NCBI GenBank assembly: GCA_028826165.1
Contig: JAPDFW010000103.1
Location: 868,001-932,000, forward strand
DNA: 64,000 bases
Reading direction: 5' to 3'
Origin: Anaeramoeba ignava BMAN
Lineage: Eukaryota > Protista > Anaeramoebae
Below the pieces are notes generated by a model that searched no databases, was not told the origin of the DNA, and saw nothing but the letters and a program-made list of their open reading frames with translations. The position numbers were made by a program, and so were the translations under genes. Below are positions 15,901 through 26,165 of this stretch, in pieces; within the stretch, counting starts at the first letter, position 1; each line of letters opens with the position of its first letter.

Positions 15901-16307
15901 TCAAAGAAATGGGATTTGATTCAAAATGGATTGAATCCAAAAAAGGAAGAAAAGGAATATTGAAAGATTTCCATAAATTATATGAAAATGAATCAACAAA
16001 AGATTTCAAAATAATCATTTCAGAAGAAAAAGAAATTAAAGTTCATAAATTAATATTAATAATAAGAAGTGAATTATTTAAAGGAATGTTTCTAAGTGTT
16101 CAAGATTCATCAAATCAAGTTCATGATTATTCAGGAAAATCATTTGAAACAATAAATCAATTAATTTATTTTCTTTATCATGATGAATTTGATAAAACAA
16201 AAGAAATTACAAATGAAATGATTGAAGAATTTAAAGATGTTGAAGATTATTTTTTATTAAATCAAAATTCAAGAATTAATTCTGAAATTAAAAAGAAATC
16301 AAATTAA
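12939..16307 (+). CDS. Intronless ankyrin-repeat (~25 repeats) - BTB - BTB protein
   Basis: 1122-aa ORF with repeated ETxLHFACxxNSxEVIKYLIEKGADxNAKT. C-terminal BTBs FKVHKLILLIR/ALNFLYTG and EIKVHKLILIIRSELF/LIYFLYHD. Confidence 0.95.
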   Translation: MQIYNFEQKIKNLIQKESDLNIVDNLQRNLLHLAFLNKTSFEIIQLLISKGVSINQKDHKSRSIIHYAIIHLKPFEEKSFEIIKYLIEQGADLFAKTKKNQTVLHFACQYKSLEIIKYLIEKGADLFAKTSTNQTVLHFACKSNSIQVIKFLIEKGLDLFAKTSEKETVLHFACQYNSLEVIKFLIGQGVEINERTYWNETVLHFACQYNSSFEVIQFLTEKGFDVNAKTYGNEIPFHLACWRNPSIEIIQYLIEKGSDIHAKTNKDETALHLACKSNTFSVIKFLIDQGIDINSKTELNQAIIHFACQHNSIVTLEFLICKGVDVHAKTKYNETVLHFACRYNSISVIQYLITKGVYLKEKTFDHETTLHYACKSNSLEVIKFLIDNDLDANARTSRNQNPLHFACEYNASLDVIKYLVEKGADLQAKTHDRETVLHSACAKSSVEVIDYLVSKGIAVNPRTMIDQTPLHIACQNNVFEVVKYLVEKGADLQAKTNQALTPLHLACEHNSLEVIQLLAENGANLFAKTNWNESTLHFACKHNSLEVIRYLLQKGLPINEGNDENQTPLQFACQNNLSINTIKYMIENNADIESSTNQEKQVLHFACQNNSFEVIRYLVEKGADLNAKSDKNETPFHIACQNNLSLEIIRYLISKGADLKAKTDENETPLYIAYDIESFDILDLLLENGVDINSTLNQNKTILHFACRTNSIKMIEYLISKGADINAKTQNKETPLHFACKKIHFEVVKYLIQIGVDINSKTSTGETSLHVSSRKKSLELVKFLIENGADINSQNFQNETPLHIACQNDSVEIINYLVGNGADINSQTVDSQTPLSISIQQKKKKLFQFFLINNADIFTLKNVYLNKKFFQIFSQIFSFNQDLNIFWKSSLFDDLEIKCNDSSTFKVHKLILLIRFDFIQFLIQKFINICRKKPRDAVQIALNFLYTGFVDLDQMQKRMKKINKLSLEDSQLQIIIWVIQQQKMEQIFKEMGFDSKWIESKKGRKGILKDFHKLYENESTKDFKIIISEEKEIKVHKLILIIRSELFKGMFLSVQDSSNQVHDYSGKSFETINQLIYFLYHDEFDKTKEITNEMIEEFKDVEDYFLLNQNSRINSEIKKKSN

Positions 16308-16356
16308 AAAAATAAGAAGAAAATTAAAAAAAAAGATTAAAAAAAAGAAAAATCAT

Positions 16357-19300
16357 TTAATCACTTGATTTTGAAGATTGAGATGTATCTGATTCAATAG
16401 CAAGTTCTTGATTATCATTATAATTGTTATTGTTATTGTTGTTATTGTTATTGTTGTTTTCCTTTTCACTTTCACTTTCAGTTACAATTTCTTGTTCATT
16501 TTCATTCTCATTTCCATCATCAAGACCAAGTAACATATTGCTTAAATCATCCAAATTATCAGTTTTTTCAATATTTTCAGTTTTTTCAGTTTTTTCTTCT
16601 TTCTTGATTAATTTATTTTGATAACTTGATATTTGAAGATCTCTAATAAGTAAACTAATTCTTGAACTTGCATTCAAAAGATATCTTGATTCAAAATTTT
16701 TCAAATCAAGGAAAATTTCTCCTTGAATCATTTCCTTTTTTGATTCAATAGTATCTTTATAAAGAAACTCAATAACTATTTCAATTTCATCGATATTTTT
16801 GGAAACGTTATCCTCAATTTTGTTGCTTTTTTCTTCCAAACTTAATACCAACTCTCGATAATATCCACTTCTTATTAATAAGATTTCTTTATGAACTTTA
16901 ATAATTTGATCTTGAAATGCAATTTCAATTGTTTTGCTTTCTTCATCTTGATATAACTTTGTCATATCTTCAACTAGTTTTTTTCTTCCTTTTAACTTTT
17001 CAGCTTCAATTCCAATTTTTGTAAAAAATTCTACTATTTTTGTTTTATCTTCTTTTCTCAAAATTCCTGAATAAATGAAACAAAAAATTTTCTTTGCTTC
17101 TTCGACTTCAATTTTATTGATTTCTTTTGGAAATTTTTCATACGCTTCTTTTGTTAATCGAGTTTCTAAAATTAATTTATGAGCTGAAATATCTCCTGAT
17201 TTTGTTTGAAATGTTATATCACATCCTTTTTGTAAATTGAAAAAACTCTCAAAATCTAATTGATAAGATGTAAATCTATAAATTAATGATTTAAAAGCTC
17301 CAAAATCTTTATAAGCTGATTTTCCCTAATTTATCATTTCAAATAAAAATAATTTCATTTTCAATTCTAATTCATTTATTATTCCTTTTTTTCTTTTTAC
17401 ATTCTATAATTATTAAATTCAATAAAGTTTATTTTTAATTTTAATAAATAAATTCTTTTTTTTTCTTTTTACATTCTTTTATTTCCAAAAAAAAAAAAAA
17501 CTTTTTAATCTCAAAAAAAAAATTAAAATTAATTATTTTCTTATACGTTTTCTGTAAAACAATCTGCTCCATTATCAAGTAAAAATCTAACAATAGGTTC
17601 TTTTCCACTATTAATTGCGAAAATTAAAGGTGTTGTTCCCTAATAAACAAAATATTTTTATAAATTTACATTTTAAATCTAAAAAAAACAAAATCAATTT
17701 GAAATTATATTTAAATTTACATCCTTTTTTTTTTTTATTAAAATTAAAAAAATAGATTAAATTAATTTAAAAAATAAATTACTCTCTAAAAAGAAATTAA
17801 ATAAATTTTGTTTGTTTTTTTTGTTTGGAAATTGAAATTTAAATTTAAATTTAAATTACATTAAGAAGTTCTACAGATAATCCTTTTTCAACTAAAAGTT
17901 CAATTTTTTTCAAAACATCTCTTTTTGAGCTATAAGAACATAAAAGATGTAAAAGTGATTTTTTATCCTTTAAAAATATAAATATAAAAATAAAAACAAA
18001 AATAAAAATATAAAAACAAAAACAAATATAAAAATAAAAATAAAAACAAAAACAAAAACAAAAATAAGATGATTAACTAAATTAATTTACATACTATTTT
18101 ATTATTTAAATCTCAATAAATCAACAATTCTCTTTTCTTTTTAAATTAAATTTACATCCTAAAAAAAATATAATTTTAATTTTTAAATTTTAAATTTTTA
18201 ATTTTAATTTTAATTTTTATACTGTTATAGCATTAATATCTGCTCCAGCTTCAACTAAAGCTTTAAAAACTTCATAACTTAAATTGTTTATACAAGCTTT
18301 TTGAATAGGAACCATAACATTCTATTTAATATTAAAAAATAAAAAACAAAACTTTAATTTCTTTTTTTTTTTGCTTTGTTTTTAAATAAATTAGATTTTT
18401 ATTTACAGACTAAAAAATTTTTTATAAATTTTAAACAAAATAAAATGGAAAAAAAAAATTTTACTCGAATTTTATGATTAACATCTGCTCCATGAGAAAT
18501 TAATTCTTGAATTCCTTCAATTTCTAAACAATTATCAATTGCACAATCAAAAGGAGTTTCTTCCTTTTTTTTTTTAAGATTAAAAACAAAACGGAATTAA
18601 AATATTAAAATCTCTTTTTCTTTTTCATTTCAAATTTAATTTTAGAAATTTACTTTCTTTAAATATTTTTCAAAAAAAAAAAAACCCAAAACAATTTAAG
18701 TCTTTTGTTTAATTCTCAAATAATAATTTACATACTAAAAAAAAAAAGATAATTTAGATTAATAAATAATTTTAATTTTAATTTTAATTTTAATACATTT
18801 TTTGCATTCACATCAACTCCTGCTTCACATAAAGCATGAATTAATTCATGATTAAATTTTCTTAAACAAGCAATATGTAATGAATTTTGTTTCTAAATTA
18901 ATTTGAAATTTTTTTATACACAATTACAATTTTAATTTAAAAAATTTTTTTTCAACTAAATTAAAATACTTCCTAAAAATTTTTTTTAGATAAATTAAAT
19001 TCAAAATTCTCAATTTTTAAAATTTTGTTTTTATTATTTAATTTACAGTCTTTTTATTTATAAATTCCAAAAAATAATTATTTTGTTTTTTTGTTTGTTT
19101 TTGTTTTTTTTACATTAGATAAATTTGGATCAGATCCACCTTTAATAAATTTTAATATTAAATCGTTTGAAACTGAATTAGCAAGACCAAGAGAAAGACA
19201 ATTAGTTTTCTTAAATTAAAACAAAATAAATTTAAAAATAAAAATAAATTTAAAAATAAAAATAAATTTACATTCTAAATAAAAAAAAGGTTATTTTAAG

Positions 19301-20774
19301 ATGAATTTTTTCTTTATTTATATATATATTTTTTTTACTCTCTAAATTATTTTAAATTTAATTATCCAAATTTTAAATTTAATATTTTATCAATAATTAT
19401 ACAGTAGAAACTTTCATATCTGCTCCAGAATCAATAAGTAAATTAATAATATCATCACTTCTTTTATAATAAAGTGCATTTAATAAAGGAGTATAACCCT
19501 TTATTTTATTTTATTTTTAAAAAGAAAAAATTGAATTTTTTTAAAAAAATGAGAATGTTTTTTATCAAATCTAAAAAATATATACAGCCTAAAAATTAAA
19601 AATTAAAAATTTAAATTAAAAATTTAAATTAAAAATTAAAAATTTAAAATTAAATTACATCCTTTGATTTTTAAATTGAAAAAAGAATTTTTTTTAAAAT
19701 AAGGAAAATTTAATAATAAATTTCAATAACAAACATCAGGAGTATTAACATCAGCTCCAGAAGAAATTAAAAATTGAATAATTTCCAAACTTGCCATTTT
19801 TTCAATTGCTAAATTTAAAGGTGTTATTTTCTAAAAAAAAAAATAAATTAAAATTAAAATTAAAATTAAAAAACTTTTTCAAATAATTTTGATTACATAC
19901 TTTTATTTTTCAATTAAAAAAAAATATTTAATAAACAAATGAAAATCAAATAACTTTTTTTTTTAATTACAATCTAAAAATAAATAAATAGAATAAATAT
20001 TATAATTTCTTAAAAACAAAAAGTTATTTAATTTTGAAATTTACATTTGGCGTATTTATTTTTGAACCTGAATTAACTAATAATTTAATAATTTCTAAAT
20101 TTGGAGCTGGTTCTGAAATTGCAACAAATAAAGGAGTATTTTCCTTTATTTAAATAATAAATTTTTGTTTTTTTTTATTTTTGTTAATAATTAATTAAAA
20201 TTTATAAAAAGAAACTAAAAGAAAAAGTAAATTTACATCCTTTTAATTTTTTTTAAAAAAAAATGAATAAAAATATTAAATATAAAATATAAATAATAAT
20301 TCAATACGTTCTAAATTTTCATTTTAAATTAAATTTAAAAATAAAAATAAAAACTATTTTGTTTTTTAATTTGTAAATTTGAATAAAATACATCTGTTTT
20401 TGCATTTAAATCTGCTCCTAAATTAATTAATTGTTGAATCATATCTATATCACTTTTCTTAAAAATTGCATAATGAAGTGGTGTATTTCCCTTTTAAAAA
20501 TAATAGATTTATAAATTGATAATTAATTATAAATAAATAATTTAAATTTTTTTTTTCTTTTTATCTTTTCTTTAAAAAAAAATAAAGCAAAATTATATTT
20601 ACAAACTTTTTTTTTTTTTTTTGATAATAAAATAAGAAAATAATTAAAAAATTTTTATCAAAATTATAAATAAAAATACTTCCTAATTAAAAATTAAAAA
20701 TTAAATTAATTTATAACAGAAATAAAAATAAAAATAAAACACTCAACATTTCTTTTATTAACTTTTGCTTTCAT
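16357..20774 (-). CDS. Ankyrin-repeat - BTB - BTB protein (~679 aa) encoded by 33 exons, including 21 single-codon (3-nt) microexons
   Basis: First exon 20748-20774 (MKAKVNKRN). Ankyrin exons, all phase 0: 20392-20490, 20045-20143, 19735-19830, 19403-19498, 19114-19209, 18797-18892, 18465-18563, 18223-18321, 17860-17967, 17547-17639. Last exon 16357-17325 (GKSAYKDF..DITFQTKSGDISAHKLILETR..IIKVHKEILLIRSGYY) is in frame with the 234-aa ORF. Microexons have AG-NNN-GTA context and are listed in findings. Confidence 0.9.
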
Positions 20775-20953
20775 TTTAAAATAATTAAAATAATAAAAAA
20801 AGAAAGAAAGAAAGAATGAAAAAATGATTTTAAAAAGGAGAAAAACAAAAAAAAAATATTGAATAATTTTCCAAAAACAAGAAAAATAATCAAATTACAA
20901 ATAACTAATTTATTTGTATTTCAATCTTTTTTTAAAAAAAAAAAAAAATAATA

Positions 20954-23781
20954 TCAATTTTGATTCATTAAAAATTGAAGAGCTAAATCAAGTTCATTAT
21001 TAGTAACACGATTTTGAGTTTCATTTGAATCTTCCATTGATCTTCTAATTGCTTCTTGTAATAATAAATCATTAATATCAGCTGTTTGATTAACTGATTG
21101 AAAATGATTGAAATTTCCATTTCTTTCATTTCCTATTGATGGAATATCTTCTTGTGATGTTTCTTGTTCTTTTTCTTGTTCTCTTTGTTGTCTTCTTTCT
21201 TCGTTGTCTTGAATTATTTCTCCAAGTTTTTTTTTGTCTTGTTCTTTTAATGCTTTTATTTGTGCTTCAATTACTTTTTGTTCTTCTTTTTCATCCTGTT
21301 CAAGTTCTGTTTCGGATCTTTTTCCTGTATAAATAATTGAGAGATTTGGTTGTTTACAAAACGGACATCTTTTTTTTTCCATTTCGTTTATAAATTAATT
21401 TAATAATTTTATAAATAATTTTATAAATAATTTTATTAATAATTTTATAAATAATTTTATATTTAATTTTATTAAATAATTTTATAAATAATTTTATAAT
21501 TTTATAAATAATTTTATTAATAATTTTATAATTAATTTTATTAATAATTTTATAAATAATTTTATTAATAATTTTATAAATAATTTTATTAATAATTTTA
21601 TAAATAATTTTATATATAATTTTATAAATAATTTTATAAATAATTTTATATATAATTTTATAAATAATTTTATTAATAATTTTATAAATAATTTTATAAA
21701 TAATTTTATAAATAATTTTATATTTGATTTTATAATTAATTTTATAAATAATTTTTATAAATAATTTTATATTTAATTTTATATTTAATTTTATAATTAA
21801 TTTTATAAATATTTTTATAATTAATTTTATAATTAATTTTATAAATATTTTTATAATTAATTTTTATTTTAATTTTATAAATAATTTTATAATTAATTTT
21901 ATAAATAATTTTATATTTAATTTTATAAATAATTTTATAATTAATTTTATTAATAATTTTATATTTAATTTTATATTTAATTTTATATTTAATTTTATAA
22001 TTAATTTTATTAATAATTTTATAAATAATTAATTTTATATTTAATTTTATAAATAATTTTATAAATAATTTTATAATTAATTTTATAAATAATTTTATTA
22101 AATAATTTTATAAATAATTTTATATTTAATTTTATATTTAATTTTATAATTAATTTTATATTTAATTTTATATTTAATTTTATAATTAATTTTATATTTA
22201 ATTTTATAAATAATTTTATAAATAATTTTATAAATAATTTTATATATAATTTTATAAATAATTTTATATATAATTTTATAAATAATTTTATAAATAAATT
22301 TATAAATAATTTTATAAATAATTTTATAAATAATTTTATAAATAATTTTATAATTAATTTTATATTTAATTTTATATAATTTTATAAATAATTTTATAAA
22401 TAATTTTATAAATAATTTTATAAATAATTTTATAAATAATTTTATAAATAATTTTATAATTAATTTTATAAATAATTTTATATTTAATTTTATATTTAAT
22501 TTTATAAATAATTTTATATTTAATTTTATATTTAATTTTATAAATAATTTTATAAATAATTTTATTAAATAATTTTATTAATAATTTTATAATTAATTTT
22601 ATAATTAATTTTATAATTAATTTTATAAATAATTTTATAAATAATTTTATATTTAATTTTATAAATAATTTTATAAATAATTTTATAAATAATTTTATAA
22701 ATAATTTTATAAATAATTTTATATATAATTTTATTAATAATTTAATAAATAATTTTATAAATAATTTTATAAATAATTTTATTAATAATTTAATAAATAA
22801 TTTTATAAATAATTTTATAAATAATTTTATAAATAATTTTATATTTAATTTTATATATAATTTTATATTTAATTTTATAAATAATTTTATAAATAATTTT
22901 ATTAATAATTTTATTAAATAATTTTATATTTAATTTTATAAATAATTTTATAAATAATTTTATATTTAATTTTATATTTAATTTTATTAAATAATTTTAT
23001 AAATAATTTTGTAAATAATTTTATAAATAATTTTATATTTAATTTTATTAAATAATTTTATAAATAATTTTATAAATAATTTTATAAATAATTTTATAAA
23101 TAATTTTATAAATAATTTTATTAAATAATTTTATATTTAATTTTATATTTAATTTTATAAATAATTTTATAAATAATTTTATAAATAATTTTATAAATAA
23201 TTTTATTATTAATTTTATTATTAATTTTATAAATAATTTTATAAATAATTTTATAAATAATTTTATAAATAATTTTATAAATAATTTTATAATTAATTTT
23301 ATAAATAATTTTATAATTAATTTTATAAATAATTTTATTAATAATTTTATTAAATAATTTTATAAATAATTTTATTATTAATTTTATTATTAATTTTATA
23401 ATTAATTTTATAATTAATTTTATAAATAATTTTATAAATAATTTTATAAATAATTTTATAAATAATTTTATAAATAATTTTATAAATATATTACTTAGTT
23501 TGCCAATTTGGATTATCAGGACTTATTTGTAAATAACATTCACTACAAATAAATTGGTCACAACAATTAGTACGATTAATTGTAGGGAAATAATTCATAC
23601 AAATAGGACATTCTTCACGAGCTTCAGTAGTTTTTTCTTCTTGAGGTGGATAAAGTGGTGCCATTTTTTTATTTTTTACTTTTTTTTTGACAGTTGAAAT
23701 TTTCCAAGAAACATTTTCATACATTCCAGTTGGTTTATAATATTTATGATGTGGTTGTTCTTCTGAATAAGTATTTCCCAT
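20954..23781 (-). CDS. SIP5/DA2/GW2-type RING E3 ligase with N-myristoylation motif, 2 exons
   Basis: MGNTYS start, [36 protein letters not shown]. Intron 21369-23494 (phase 2) joins to KCPFCK. UIM-like [13 protein letters not shown]. Confidence 0.85.
21390..23490. repeat. 12-bp AT minisatellite (AAATAATTTTAT variants) filling the RING gene intron
   Basis: Direct reading. About 2.1 kb almost devoid of G/C. Confidence 0.95.
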
Positions 23782-23920
23782 TTTAAAAAAAAATTGAGGA
23801 AAAAAAAACAAATTGAAAAAATGAAAAAAATGAAAAAAAATTTAAATTGAAAAATTTTTAATTTGATTAATTTTTTTTCCTTTATTTTTTTTTCTCCTTT
23901 CCTTTTATTTTATTTTATTT

Positions 23921-26066
23921 TTAAATTATTTTCCCAAATAATTCACTTGATTCATCTGTTTCATCTTCATTTTCTGATTCTGTTAAGCTTTCTTGTTTTT
24001 CATTATCATTTTGAATATCATTTTCTTCAATTTGTAAATTTTCTTTTTGATTAAATTGTTCAAAAATATTTTCCTCAATTTGTTGTTCCACTTTTTCATT
24101 TTCTTTAAAAGAATTAATTCTTATCAAATTAAACATTTTTCTATTTTTCTTTCCTTTATGAGTAGTTTTCTTATCGAATTCTTTTTCAATTTCATTTTCA
24201 ATTTGATTTAAATTTTCATTTAAATTTTGATTTTGATTTTCATTTTGATTTAGATTTTCATTTTGATTTTGATTTTCATTTTGATTTTGATTTTCATTTT
24301 GATTTTCATTTTGATTTAAATTTCTTTTTGAAAAATTAAATAATTTCTTCATTTCTTCAGTTTTTTCAATTGAATCTCCAAAAAAATAATCTGAAATTTG
24401 AAATCCATGAATAGAATTTTCTATAACAAATTCTTTTGTAAGTTTAAATTCAGGATTTATTGCTTTTCTCAATAAGATTTGATTAAATAATTCGATTCCA
24501 GGATTAAAAAAATTTGTGGGTTTAAATTTTTGATTTGGATTTTCATTTAAATCAAAATTAAAATGATCAATATATTGATCCATTGATTCAAGTTGTTGAT
24601 CAGAAGGAGAAAATTTTTTCATTTGAATAAATTGAGGAAGAGTATGTTGGATTAAGTTTTCTGCATAAGGAAGTTCTCCATAAATCAAGAAATTTCCTGT
24701 TTTTTTCAAATGAGGAGCAATAAAACAAACTAATGGTGATTTTTGAACTTTTCTTTTAACTACTCTTGCGATTGCTATCATTTTTAATTGATTCATTGCT
24801 ATTGCAAGTGCAGAAATTGCAATGATTGATTCATAAGTTTCTGGGATAATTAAATCAATTCCAGAAATAGCATGTGTTCTTATAATTTCATCTTCTTTAG
24901 TAAATCCAATAATTCTTTTTTTTTGTTTGTTTTTTTAATAAAAGAAAAAATTAATTTTAATAAAGCAATAATTGTTTTAAAAAATTTTTTCATTTGAATT
25001 TTGTTTTTAACTGAATAATTGGTGAAGAAGAAACATGTGTTTTCTTCTCTTCTTTTAATGAAAACGGAACATAATCTTCTCCGTATTTATAAGCTCGAAC
25101 AGCATCTTCTCTTTCAATAATTTCATCAGGATTTCCTAATGGATAAAAGGTTGATTTGGAAACAACAGGAGTAAAAGGAATAAAATCAGGATTTTCAATC
25201 AAAGAATATTTCTTTAAAGGAGGTTTTGTAAATTTCCTTGTTTTTGTATAAACTTTCACAGGATAAGAAACACTTCCAATTTCCAAATGAGTACGATATG
25301 TGCATCTAATCATATACTTTTTCTTTTTAAATTCATTTAAAAAAACTGGAATATCACTAATTGAGACAATTCTTGATTTTTCTTTTAATTCTGAACATAT
25401 TTCTTCAATGTTTTTTTTGTTTTGAATCTGAATTTCGGAAAGTAAACTTGTCTCATTTTCCGTTAAATTCTCATCAAAAAGCGAAATTCCAAACACAATA
25501 AGTTCAATATCAAGATTTTTGAATTCATTTATAAATTCTTGCAATCCATTGTCTTTAATTCTATCACTTCCACAAGTAAATAATAATATTTTTTTTCGAA
25601 TTTGCTTTTTATTTTGAGAATGACTTAAAATCCAAGAAAATCCAACAATTAAAGCATCAAAAACTTGAATCCAAAATAAAAAAAAAATTTTTGTTTTTAA
25701 TATATTTTTGTTTTTAAAAGAATAAGAACAATATATTTTTTTCCAAATTAAAAAAATACAATCTCCACTATTAAAACTTGGTGATAAACTTTGAATATGT
25801 TTTAAAATCTCAATATTTGGTGTTGTAAATTGAATTTCTTCACAAATATTATTGTAACTATATTGTTGAAGTCTATTTTCTGTTTTTTCTGTTCCAAACA
25901 AAAGCATTCCAAATTCATCTTTTGGTGAAAATATTATTTTATAATGAATAATTTGTGAAATTGTTTCAACAACTAAATCAAATGCTGTTTTATTTGGTTC
26001 AATTTCAGTTCTCATTGATTGACTTGAATCAACAATACAAAGAATAATTTCTTGTTCATTTTTCAT
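23921..26066 (-). CDS. KU80: Ku80 (XRCC5) NHEJ DNA end-binding subunit, 3 exons
   Basis: vWA start IILCIVDSSQSM, DEFGMLLFGTEKTEN, AYKYGEDYVPFS, MIAIARVV, ELPYAENL, FFNPGIELFNQIL. Introns at about 25667-25760 (in frame) and about 24916-25011. Confidence 0.85.
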
Positions 26067-26165
26067 TTTTTTTATTTATTAAAAAAAGAAAGAAAGAAGA
26101 AAAATGAAAAAAAAAAAAAGCAAAAAAAAAATATTTTTTATTTGATTTGATTTATTTTGATTCTT

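Noticed and set aside
17660-17682. Possible extra 9-nt microexon (AG-ATTTAAAAT-GTA), and a 4-nt candidate at ~18348
   Set aside because: Each would leave only about 25-30 nt of downstream intron, far below the 55-nt minimum seen elsewhere, and would break ankyrin spacing or frame.
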